Below, piece after piece: positions 1 to 11,505 of a DNA stretch of 64,000 bases. Source of the DNA: a virus (taxonomy: Duplodnaviria; Caudoviricetes). Position 1 is the first letter of the stretch, and each line of letters starts with the position of its first letter. The stretch covers positions 32,001 through 96,000 of IMG/VR virus record IMGVR_UViG_3300032038_000025, one strand, 5' to 3'. The notes below the pieces were generated by a model. The model saw nothing but the letters and a program-made list of their open reading frames with translations. It was not told where the DNA came from and ran no database searches. Both the position numbers and the translations under genes were made by a program.

Positions 1-39
1 TTAACTCCTGCATTTTTAATATATAAATGTAGGAGTTAA
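1..39. terminator. Inverted repeat, possible intrinsic terminator
   Basis: ttaactcctgcattt...aaatgtaggagttaa hairpin. Confidence 0.4.
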
Positions 40-42
40 AGT

Positions 43-346
43 TTGAACAAAATACAAAAGGAGATATTACGCGTAATGGAAAATACAATAAATCAAGGAT
101 ATCCTATTAATAATCCTTTTGGAAGCTCGCAAAGAGGCAATCTTTCGTCAATGGGAACTCCTACGCTACAGGGCAATCTTTTAAAAAAAGGTTCTCTGCC
201 ATTAGATTACACATGCAACAATGTTTTCATATAATGTAGATCTTTCTATTGAACAGGAAGAGTTAATAGCAGATTTAATTTCCACATATGGTGAAGAAAT
301 AATTTATATCACAAATAAAATATTCACAAAGTTGGGAAACATTTAA
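43..346 (+). pseudogene. HEXXH metallopeptidase-like phage protein, split by a +1 frameshift in an A7 run
   Basis: Frame 1 reads ...LQGNLLKK. Frame 2 from 188 reads KVLCH[TAG]ITHATMFSYNVDLSIEQEELIADLISTYGEEIIYITNKIF, ending TAA at 346. Confidence 0.5.
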
Positions 347-355
347 ATATAAAAT

Positions 356-395
356 GGGGCTATTAATTTTTATAATTAATAGTCCCTGTTTTTTA
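356..395 (+). terminator. Intrinsic terminator
   Basis: ggggctattaatt-tttat-aattaatagtccc followed by a T run. Confidence 0.6.
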
Positions 396-417
396 TTATA
401 AATAAAGGGGATTAAAA

Positions 418-1461
418 ATGGATATTTTAACTGCCATAAAAATTAGGAATTTAGATGGTACATATTCAGATCCAATTCCTATAAGTGCCTTGGCAGAAAA
501 TATTGTTTATGATAAAGATCACACTTTACTAGATGCTATTGGCACAATAGATATAGATGAATTAGGAAGTCTGCAAGACCAAATTTTAGAACTTAAATAG
601 AGAGGTATTGATGCGGCGACCGCAAATGCTAATCAAGTTCCAGTCGCAGATGGACAAGGCGGCTGGTCTTGGCAAGATAAAACAAATACCTCTAATCAAG
701 TAACAAACCTTTCAAATGTTGGAGGGGTAAATATTACTCAAGCATTAAATAATCTTAATGATTTAACTCAGAGTAATCAAGAAAAAATTTTAAATATGAA
801 TAGTACAGCGGTAAATAATAATTCTTCAGTTGAAGGAGAAACTGTTTCTGCCGCTCTTGATGTTTTATCTAATAAGATAAACAATATAGATACAATGAAA
901 GCTATTAGTGTATCCCTTAGTAAAGGTTCTTGCACTATTAACGTAAAACAAAATAGCGATATTGATTATTTAGATTGCTTTACAGATATACAAGTTTTAT
1001 AGGGATCAACAGATATTACGGACCTTTGCACTTTTAGTTTTACGCCTAGTTATGGAGTTTATGGAGTGTGGATTGCTTCTTCTCATAGATATAAAATAAC
1101 AGAATTAATAGATGTTACAAAAGGTGATGTTGTTTTTAATATTTCATATAAAGGAGTAACATTAACTAGAACTTTTTCTATTGTTTTAGTATATGATGGA
1201 GAAAGCGCAATTCGTACTGAAATTGAATCTAGTGCAGGAAATATTTTCAGAGGAAATAATATTTCAACAACATTAACTTGTCGGGTGTATCAAGGCACTG
1301 AAGAAATAACCAATAAAGTTAGTTCATTTAAATGGAAAAAATATAATGCAAATGGGACACTTGATGGATCATGGACTCGGCCATTAGCTGGTAATGTAAT
1401 TGATATTACTAATGCTGATGTATATGATCGAGCAGTGTTTAAATGCGAAGTAACGATATAA
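418..1461 (+). CDS. Virion tail/baseplate-associated protein with Ig-like C-terminus, 347 aa, 2 in-frame TAG
   Basis: ORFs 418-600, 796-1002 and 1066-1461 share one frame and are separated only by TAG; ends TAA; RBS AAGGGG. Confidence 0.8.
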
Positions 1462-1474
1462 AAGGAGGAAAATA

Positions 1475-4084
1475 ATGGCAACCACTAGCTATGGTTCAAT
1501 AACTATTGTTGACATTACTGATATAGGAGAATTTAGTGTATATCCTAAATGCAATTTACCCACAACTGTTATCTATTCTCCAGATGACAATATTTATACT
1601 CCTAACTGGGTGGGTCAAAATCTAGTTATTACTCCAGTTGCATATTATGCAGGATCCCCTGTTTCAGCTAATATTACTTGGCTTTGGGAAAGACAATAGG
1701 GAAATGGAGCACGAGCGGAAGTTAGTTCAACAAAAGGAGAAACAGTTAATTCAACTACAGGCGCTTTAACTGTTAATCAAAATCAATTTAATGGATCATA
1801 TTCTCAATTAACATACATTGTTACTGCGACATATCAAGATGCTACTCTTGGAAAAAATTTAGTCGCGGAAGGCCAAATTACTTTTAGTAAAGTAGAACAA
1901 GGAACATCTGCAAAAACCGCCCGAATTACTGGAGATAATATAATTAAATATGCGGGAGATGGAACAATTATTTCTCCTATTGTTAACAATAAGTCTTATA
2001 TTACTTTAACTGGTACTGTTACAAGATGTAATATTACTAAATGGACATATAATGGAGGAACTGCCTCATATCCTGCAAAATCAAATGCAACACCAGCTAC
2101 CTATCCAAATGGAGCAAATGGAAATACATTAAATGTATATGCAGATGATGATGTTTTTATAAATGATAAGGTTACTATTAAATTATAGACTAATGATACT
2201 AATACTTATGATTAGTTTACTATATATAAATTAAGAGATGGTGCGGCGGGCATATCTACTCTATCTGCTATTTTAACTAATGAAGATCAAATGATTCCTG
2301 CCAATTCAAATGGTTCACCTGTTAATATTGCTCAAAGTGGAGCAACCTCTCAAATAAAAATATATAGAGGTGGTTCAGATGTTACTGTATCAGAAAATTG
2401 GACTATTACAACAACAAGTGATACTGGAATTACATTTGATTCAAGTAAAACCGCACAAACCAATGATACTGTTACAGTAACTGGTATGAATGCCAGTCTT
2501 GCAGCTGGTAATATTTATTTTACTGCAACACATGGCACTTAGACATTAAATAAAACTTTTTCATTAGTAAAAGTTAAAGCAGGAGCTGATGCTTAGACAT
2601 TTTCTATTTATAGTTTAAGTGTAGATGCTTTGGCTTTAAATAGAAGCGTTACTTTAAATGATCAAGGAAGTGTTTCTACAGTTACGCTTAATCCTGCAAG
2701 TTTTATTGCAAGTGCAACTGAGACATAGGTATCTCCGTCTGCTGCAACTACAAAGGCTTTTGAGGGAAAATTTAGAATTACTGAATATTCTGGCGATACT
2801 TCAGAAATAAAATATACTACTAGTTCAACAGAATCTTCAAAAACGTATACTCCAACAACATCTAATACATTAACAAAAATTTTAGTTGAATTATTAGATA
2901 CCGCAGGATCAAATGTTTTAGATAAACAAACTATCGTTATTACATCTGATGGCGCAAAAGGAGAAGATGGAGAACAGGGTCCCGCAGGTAAAGATGCTGT
3001 TAGTATTATCTTAGGAAATGAAGCAGAAGTTTTTCCTTGTGATAATAATAATAAACCATTAAGTAAAATTACTGTTAGAATACCTTTTGGTGCATACAAA
3101 GGAACAACAAGAGTTGCTGCAACTGTTAATAAACCTCAATTGCTTGGAATTGCTGCGAGCACGTCTTCCACAAATGCTACTGCTTCTAGTGATGGTGTAT
3201 TAATTTATGAAATTCCAGTGACTAAAGAAATTACTAATGCTTCTGACACTTTAGCTTTAGTGTTTACTTGTGAAGGACAAACTTTTAATAAAGTATTTAG
3301 TTGGACTAGAAGTTCTGCCGCAAAGAATGGAATTGATGGAGTAACTATGTTATTATTTACTCCTAATGGAACATTATTTGAAAATCATACTGGGGATAAT
3401 CTTACTGTTGAAGGTTATTTACAAAGCGGATCCACCGATGTAACAAGCAGCGCAACTTGGAAATGGTATCAATGGAGCACCACTGGTTATACTGCGTTAG
3501 GAACCGCGACATCCGCAAATGCGTATTATAGCGGAAAAACTTTAACAATTAAGCCAGCCGCTGTTGATGGTTATAGCTCTTTTAAAGTTGAAGCTACATA
3601 TAATAGTAAAACATACACGCAATATATTTCAATAACAGATAAAACTGATCCAATTCAAGTAAGTGTTCATTCTACTCTTGGCACTCAACTTGTAAATGGT
3701 CAAGGATCTGGCGCGCTTTATGCAAGAGTAACACGCAATGGTACTGAAATTGATCCTATTGGAGATGGCGCTATTTCGACAGGGACTGCTAATCCAAGTG
3801 GCGGAAATAATGGAGATCATTATATAAAATTAGATGAAACTAATAGAATAGCTACTTTATGGTAGAAAACTGGAAATTCTTGGAGAGCAATGACCCCAAC
3901 CGCCACATATGAATGGTATTTTAGAGATGCTCAAAATAATCCTATTACAAATAGTACAACTTTAACAAATAAATTTGGTAGTGCCTATAATAGTTCAACT
4001 GGCAAAGTAACTGGAAAGTGTTTATATATAGATAAAACAACCGTTGATAATAAAATAACTATAGATGTAAAAGTAACAGTATAA
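1475..4084 (+). CDS. Tail fibre/baseplate protein, Thr/Ser-rich beta repeats, 869 aa, 6 in-frame TAG
   Basis: One frame through TAG at 1697, 2186, 2540, 2594, 2726 and 3863; starts MATTSYGSITIVDITD; short collagen-like stretch; RBS AAGGAGG. Confidence 0.8.
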
Positions 4085-4098
4085 AAGGGGTGATAGTT

Positions 4099-7000
4099 AT
4101 GCAGCAAACAAGCTATGGAACACTTACTATTACTGATACTACAGATATAGCGCGAGTTCAAAATTGGTATTTAGCATCAAGTTCTTCTTCTGGCGTGAAA
4201 AAAACAGATGGCGGTTGGACAACAGATGTAACTAATGCTAATGCTACAATGACCGCTACTAAACAATATTTATGGAATTATGAATAGATTCAAGGAGAGG
4301 GTGCTAATGGTAGCTATATAACCATTAGCACTACAGATCCAGTTATTATTGGACGATATGGCCAGAATGGCGGGACTGGCTCCCCTGGCCGCGGTATTAC
4401 TTCTATAGATGAATATTATCAAGCTACTAATAGTACAAGTAAGCCTGGTAGTTCAGGCTGGCAAAAAAATACTTTAGTAACACCAACATCTGCGAAACCT
4501 TATTTATGGAATTATCAAGTAATTAATTATACTAATCCTACATCAACATAGGGGACATATAATGATGCTCGTATCATTGGAGTTTATGGGGACAAAGGTG
4601 ATAAGGGTGACAAAGGAGATGCAGGTCGCACTTATTTTCTTGAACTTAGCAATAATGTTATAAAAAAAGATGCAAATAATACTCTTACTCCAACATCTGT
4701 TACAATAAAGGCTTATTATAGAGACGGGACTGGTACTAAAACAGCATATTCTGGTCGAATAGTTATTATTGGTAATAAAAGTGATAATACTACAACCACG
4801 ATATCAACAACAAATGGTTCTTCCGCTTCATTAACTGCTAATGCAACATATGTAAGTTATACTATTAATTTATATGAGGCGGGTGGAACAACTAATTTAT
4901 TTGCGGCAGAAACGCTTCCTATTTTAAGTGATATTGAGAATTTATAGATTGGTGGAAGAAATCTAATTAGGCGAACCGACTACAGTATTTACGGCAACAG
5001 CGACCATTACAATAATGCTAATAAAGCAACATTCACAAATGACCGCATAACCATACAATATGGTAGTGAAGTCTACCTCAAAAATTATGTTCAGAATAAA
5101 CTCAATGAGATTATTCCGTCTGGTACAAAACTCATCGGTACGGTTCCTGTTTACAATCAAACAATTGCAGACGGCAATCATAGGCTTTACGTGTCTCCTA
5201 TGAATGAAAATGCGTCAGTAAGCTGGGTTGATATCGTGAATATTCCAACTGGCTATACAGGGGTACTCACGTGGACATACACAACAACGATGGACACTTA
5301 TGGGTTTGTTCTTGATTTTGATACGCGAAACTCCACGAGCGGCGATATGGCGCTCGGACGTATTAAACTCGAGCGTGGCAATAAATCAACCGATTGGACT
5401 CCTGCACCCGAGGATTTAGAATCATCTATTTCATTTGTTAATACAGCATTAACTAATTATATAAATACAAATGATGCTGCACTTGCCGCAGTAAAAGACC
5501 AAGCTGATAAATCATTTGATACTTGGTTTTATTCTGGACAGCCAACAGCAAATAATGCACCGGCCAACACATGGACTGATAATGCAACTAAAGCATTACA
5601 TGTTGGTGACATGTATTATGATACTGCAACTGGTAAGGCATACACTTATAATTCTAGCTATCAATGGGTTGCTCAAAGCAGTTCCAATATTGCATCTACT
5701 GATGCGATCACTGCCGCTCAAACCTTGGCAAACAGTAAAATTAAAACATATGCAGTTGCCGCTAAACCAACTTCTGGAATGAGTTCTGGAGATCTTTGGA
5801 TTGACACCGATGATAATAATCGGATGTATAGATATAATGGATCAACTTGGGTTGACATTCAGACTGAGATAAATGTTGGCGGGAGAAATCTAGCTTGGAA
5901 TTCTAAATTATTAAATATTCAGAATGGTCAAGCAAACAAATATATTTCAAAGAGGCGAGGTGCCGACATCCTTGTAACAAGAGATGACGGTTTTGGAGAA
6001 ATTCATTGTTATGGTTCAAGTTTTGGCGGAATAAGTATTTATTCGTCACAATTTGATTTTCAAGTTGGAGATGTATTAACATTATCTTTTTATGCTAAAT
6101 ATGTTGGAAATCTTAATACTCCATATATTTCATTTTATCCAATGATGTATAAAAACGGTTCAAGAAATACTTCTATTTTAATACCGATAGGGTTTGATGG
6201 AAATCCTTATGTCAATATGAATGCTAGACGATGGACAAACAAAGATGGCAGTTATAGAAATCTTACAACAAGTTATGAAAAATATTATGTAACTTTTGTA
6301 TGGACTCAAGAAATAGCCGATTTAGATTATGTTGAAATATCTGCACAAGCACTTGCTTCATGGACAGATACATCAAGTAATAGTTATGTATCTATATATA
6401 TGCCAAAATTGGAAAAAGGCAATGTCGCTACAGACTGGACTCCCGCACCCGAAGATACCGAGGCGGCAATTGCTAATCTTACTGAGTTAACAGACAGTCT
6501 CCAGAATCAAATAGATTCCAAGATTGAGACATGGACACAAGTTGCAGATCCCGCAACAGGTTGGAACACAGATGTATTAAAAGAATCTCATGTTGGTGAC
6601 CTGTGGTACTACATTGGCGAAACAACAACCAATCCTAGTCGAGAGAATAATAGTACATATAAATATACTTTATCTAATGGTACTTACTCATGGGTCAAGT
6701 ATGTCAGCGGTACAGATATGACTGGCGTGTTCGACAAGATTGATGGTAAGTCAACTATCTTCTATGGAACAACAACTGGTACATATACTGGCGTTCAGAA
6801 AGACGATTACTTAGTTGACAGTACAACAGGTAATACATATAAATATGATCCCACTGTTACGACCAACAATCATTGGGTTGAAGTGACAAATTATAAAACA
6901 GGTATTGATGAAGCGAAACAGGATGTTGTAGATCTTGATACATCACTCAATCAACAGGAAGTCTTTAATCGTCTGACAAATAATCAAGCTAATCAAGGTA

Positions 7001-8769
7001 TCTATCTGGATAATGGTAATGTATATGTTAATGCAACGTATATTAAATCTGGAGAAATAAATGCAGACTTAATTACAACAGGTAAAATAAATGCTGATCT
7101 AATTACTACTGGCCATATGAGCGCAAGTCGAATCAAAGGTGATACTCTTACTCTTGGTGGAAATAATAATGTAAACGGTTCATTATCAATACTAAACGGT
7201 AATTCTGATGTAGTTGGTACATGGAATAATACTGGAATAAATGCGGTAGCAGGAAAGATTGGCGGGTGGACTATAAATGAAAGCTATATTTATAATCCCT
7301 TGAATTACGAGGATAAAAACTATCAAGTTGCACTCTTCTCTCCAAACAACATGACGTCAGGTACAAACGCATTTTTCGTAAGATATAACTATCCTTCAAA
7401 AAATTTATATATTATTTCAAAGCAAACAAGCGGATATATAGCAGCTAATGGAACCATCGCTACTGCATCCGATACATACTTAGAAAAAACAAGTGCCTAT
7501 ATTGCGGTTACAGAAAATAGCCCATATGTTTTCCAAGTATGGTGCCCAGATCTAACCTCTAGTCAACAAATGTGGATGGGATATCAATTTTATTCTGATA
7601 CAAGTGGAACTTTAGTTGGTAGTCGTACAGCAAAGACTGGAACCGCAGGCAATACATATCTTGCATATACAGATATTGTTGCTCCTTCTGGAGCAAAATA
7701 TATAAAAGTTTCTTATAGAACATTCGGAAATGGTCATGCAAAACTAGAACAAACTACTACCGTTAATGATTGGACTCCCGCCGTAGAAGATGAAGGTTTA
7801 CCATATTCTAATGATTTTGCATATCCATTTTATATAAAATATAATGGTAAATTATTTGCAAGTAATGCAGAAATAAGGGGAGATATTGATGCAAAGTCTG
7901 GTTCAATTGCCGGATTTAGTATTTCTAGTACAGCAAATAGAGGCACCACAGCCAATGGTGGACATCCATATACAAGAGAATTATATAAAACCTCAAGCGA
8001 TGGCACACATGATTATGTAGTTGGGATGAAGGCTGATAGTGGAAATGCAACATTAAATTTTTATGTAAAACAAATTGATACTGGTAAAACATGGGAAGAC
8101 GCAAATGTTAAAAATTTATTCTGGGTAAATAATAATGGAAAATTATATGCTACAAATATACAAGTTACATTAGATGGTAGCACTTCAACAGTTAAAAATT
8201 TAAAAGCCAGTTCTCTTACTAGTGGAAATCTAGATGCATCTAAGGTTACAATTACTGGATCATTAAATATTAAACCCGGAGGAGGAGCAAGTTTGGAACT
8301 ATATGGAGAACAACCATATATAGATTTTCACTTTAATAATAGTACTGCTGATCTTACCGCACGTATAATTGAAGGCGTTAAAAATGAACTTCATTTTGTA
8401 AAAAATGCAGCATCAACAAGCTATATGACTGTTAAAGGTGTATTTTCAAACCAATCTTCTCGCAATGTAAAAAGAAATATTATTGATATTTCAGATGATG
8501 ATGCTAAAAAGTTATATGATATTAAGCCAGTTAGTTTTGATTATAAATGGGGTCAACATGGCTTTGGAATGATCGCCGAAGATGTATGTGAGGTATTACC
8601 GGAACTCGTTACTATTCCAGATGATTATAATGCTGATACATATGAGTATAAGAATTTATACGATAGTGTACCTTCACTGCATTATCAAGATTTCATACCG
8701 TATATTATTAAATTGTTGCAAGTGCAACATAAGGAAATACAAGGATTAAAGGAGATAATTGAAAAATGA
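4099..8769 (+). CDS. Long tail fibre/receptor-binding protein with C-terminal S74-type intramolecular chaperone, 1556 aa, 3 in-frame TAG
   Basis: TAG at 4285, 4549 and 4945 link to the 5191-8769 ORF. YLWNY repeats, GDKGDKGD collagen, GGRNL...DWTPAPED modules, SSRNVKRNI...GMIAED chaperone. Confidence 0.85.
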
Positions 8770-9134
8770 TGTACGTTCGTTTAGTTGATGGAACTCTGAC
8801 AGAGTTTAACGAAGGATCTTCACCCGAGCGGGTGATGATGAATTTTAATTCATTTGATGAATTAAAAGATATGATAGATCAATTTGCCAGTGGCAATTGT
8901 TCAACTCTTGTATTTTATGATCCTACATTGCCAGAGTCTGACAATTTATTAAATACTTTTACAGACTTTGTGTATGATGATGTAAATATGTCTATGAATT
9001 CAGATGGAACAATAACAGGTATATTTAAACAACATCAAAAAACAAACTTTGATATTTATAAAGAAAAAGCAGAACAATATGATGCAAATGCTGATTATAT
9101 TGAGGCAGCAAAAATTATGCTTGGAGAGGTATAA
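8766..9134 (+). CDS. Hypothetical tail-fibre-associated protein (paralog of 9341-9715)
   Basis: Overlaps fibre stop; ends ADYIEAAKIMLGEV. Confidence 0.7.
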   Translation: MMYVRLVDGTLTEFNEGSSPERVMMNFNSFDELKDMIDQFASGNCSTLVFYDPTLPESDNLLNTFTDFVYDDVNMSMNSDGTITGIFKQHQKTNFDIYKEKAEQYDANADYIEAAKIMLGEV

Positions 9135-9136
9135 AC

Positions 9137-9328
9137 ATGGATAAACCAATTACATTGTTACATCAAGAATTTGTAGAAAATCTGGCAAAGTTGATTAATG
9201 AATCACGCCTTCCTGCATTTGTAGTTCGTTCAGCTCTTAACGAAGCAATTGTTCAGCTCGATTCTATTGCTGAACAGCAGTATCTCTCTGACAAAGCAAA
9301 ATACAATAATCAAACTTCTAATGGTTAA
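9137..9328 (+). CDS. Small hypothetical protein of a type that follows tail fibres
   Basis: RBS GGAGAGG; MDKPITL...EFVENLAKLINESRLP. Confidence 0.7.
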   Translation: MDKPITLLHQEFVENLAKLINESRLPAFVVRSALNEAIVQLDSIAEQQYLSDKAKYNNQTSNG

Positions 9329-9340
9329 GGAGACTTAAAC

Positions 9341-9715
9341 ATGATTAAATTTATTATTGGTGACGGTGAGGTTGTGGAAGTCAACGACTCCTCTTCTGTC
9401 ACATCGGTAAGCATTACATATGAGAACTTTGAAGAAATTGAACCAATGATTCAAAGATTTATTAATGGCGATTTTGAAACAATTACTGTTATGGACGAGA
9501 CACAAACCATTACTTATGGAGTCTGGCATAATCTCATCTATGATCATGCATTTATTGGTATGTCTCGTGATGGTAAATATGAAGTTAAATTTATTCAACG
9601 TGAATTAACTGAAGCTGATGCACTTAGAAAACGTGTTGCCGAACTTGAATCTCAAGTCGAAGCAAGCGCAGATTATGTAACAGCCGCAAAGGTTATGCTT
9701 GGAGAGGAGGAGTAA
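9341..9715 (+). CDS. Hypothetical tail-fibre-associated protein (paralog of 8766-9134)
   Basis: RBS AAGGAG; ends ADYVTAAKVMLGEEE. Confidence 0.7.
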   Translation: MIKFIIGDGEVVEVNDSSSVTSVSITYENFEEIEPMIQRFINGDFETITVMDETQTITYGVWHNLIYDHAFIGMSRDGKYEVKFIQRELTEADALRKRVAELESQVEASADYVTAAKVMLGEEE

Positions 9716-9716
9716 T

Positions 9717-10139
9717 ATGTCTGAGATTGTTGAAAGAGCAAGAGAACTTCGCTCAGTAATTGAAGAACTTGCGGTAAACCTTGATGATGAAAAAGCATTA
9801 GATTCTAAAGAGCTTTTCCCATATTGGAATGCGGAGGCCGCATATGAAGTTGGCGCAAGGGTGCGCTTTGAAGATACACTATATAAGTGCCTTCAGGCAC
9901 ATCAGGCACAGGCTGACTGGACACCCGCAGCCGCCCCATCTCTTTGGGCAGAAATTCTTCCTGGCCAAGAGGGAACTGATATAGGAGTATGGGTACAACC
10001 AGACTCCACTAATGCATATATGATTGGTGATAAAGTACATTATCCAACTATGGACGATCCAATTTATGAATCAACAATTGATAATAATGTCTGGTCACCA
10101 GAAACATATCCTGCGGGATGGCAAATCGTAACTGAATAA
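9717..10139 (+). CDS. Protein with CBM5/12-like carbohydrate-binding repeats
   Basis: W...YEVGARVRFEDTLYKCLQAH...WTP and AYMIGDKVHY...YES...NVWSP; RBS GGAGG. Confidence 0.7.
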   Translation: MSEIVERARELRSVIEELAVNLDDEKALDSKELFPYWNAEAAYEVGARVRFEDTLYKCLQAHQAQADWTPAAAPSLWAEILPGQEGTDIGVWVQPDSTNAYMIGDKVHYPTMDDPIYESTIDNNVWSPETYPAGWQIVTE

Positions 10140-10157
10140 CTATAATTAGACAAAATA

Positions 10158-10209
10158 AAAAAGCCTTCTAATTAATTTTAAATAATTAATTAGAAGGCTT
10201 ATTTTTTTT
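10158..10209. terminator. Bidirectional terminator between convergent modules
   Basis: aagccttctaattaatt...aattaattagaaggctt with an A run upstream and a T run downstream. Confidence 0.8.
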
Positions 10210-11230
10210 ACTCTTTTTTAATAAGAGCAATTTGTATCTAATAAATACAATTATTATAAGTATTTATTGCATCGTTAATTCGTTTAGTATTATATACTAT
10301 TTCATAATTATCATTCTAACAAAGAAATTGAATATCATCAATAGGAGTCATTCCATCGCCTGAATGGCCAGTACTCTCATACCATGAATTGCCAGATACC
10401 CAAGGCATCCATCCTTTATTTAAAAGATGAACTTTATAAAAAATTTTACATACATTAGAGCTTACTTTTATTTTAACAATAGGGTCATTAAAAATACCTG
10501 TTTTAGTGTTATTAAAAGTATCCATTAAATACCCATGTTTAAGTGTCTATATAGTATAAGATATTTGAGGAATAATCTTACTGGGTTCTGGCTAAAGTTG
10601 CGGCGGCGTGTTGTGATATGCGGCGATGGCAGATATAATACCGCTTTGGTCTAGTTCTGTGCGGCTAACAACCTGCCTTCCCGCCACCCATAAATTTATA
10701 CAGAAATATGATAAATCAACATTCCCAGCTATTCCATTTACCTTTTCTGTTGAAGAAAAATGACATCCCTAACATATGGCTGGAATTTCTAGATTCTGTT
10801 TACTAAAATTAGCTATCCATAGCGGATAAACGCAGTCCCCGCGCATATAGTTATCAAAAAAGGTTTGATTTGTGTAAATACCCATTCGATATCCTGCCAT
10901 TTGAATGAATTGGTAAAAAGTATCTATTACATCTTTATTGTAATATTCTTCAATATCATAATAAATACACCAAGGATGGTATTTATTTACCATAGTCAAA
11001 ACCTATCTAGCTTCTTCTTTTGCTTCTTTTACATCTCTAGCATATGAGTGAAAGGAGATTGCATATGGAATATTTAATTGCTAAAAAATATATAAGAAAT
11101 CTATATTATTAGAATATTTTTTATTATATTTAATAACCGCCGCATTGAAGATACCTTTTTTATATTCATTTAAAAGTTGGTTTTGATCTATTGTATTAGA
11201 ATAATTTATAGAAATTACTTTATAAATCAT
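10208..11230 (-). CDS. Divergent GH25 muramidase-like protein with endolysin-type C-terminal cell-wall domain, 340 aa, several TAG
   Basis: HSYARDVKEAKEEAR, YYDIEE, MGIYTN, LWIANF, GIAGNVDLS, then YKVHLLNKGW; continuous frame through TAG, ends TAA. Confidence 0.7.
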
Positions 11231-11490
11231 GACTATTGTTCTTCTTCTTTTTCATTTTTTTTAGGTTGCTCAATTGGAATAGTTATAGATTTTTCTTCTG
11301 TCTAAAAACAATTATTTTGAATATAATTTATTTTTAACTATTCTCTATGATTTAATATCTATTTCCAAATCTCATTTATTAAATAATATTTTAATAAAAA
11401 GGGAATTGAAGTTTCATTATTAAAAAAATTTATAAAATTTTGTTGAAACTAAAAGCAAATATCGTTAAATGTTTTTGTCTAATTATTCAT
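11227..11490 (-). CDS. Small hypothetical protein, 87 aa, 6 TAG; resembles 9137-9328
   Basis: RBS AAAGGA; DICF[TAG]FQQNFINFFNNETSIPF; ends TGA overlapping the next ATG. Confidence 0.6.
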
Positions 11491-11505
11491 AATATTTTCC
11501 TTTAA

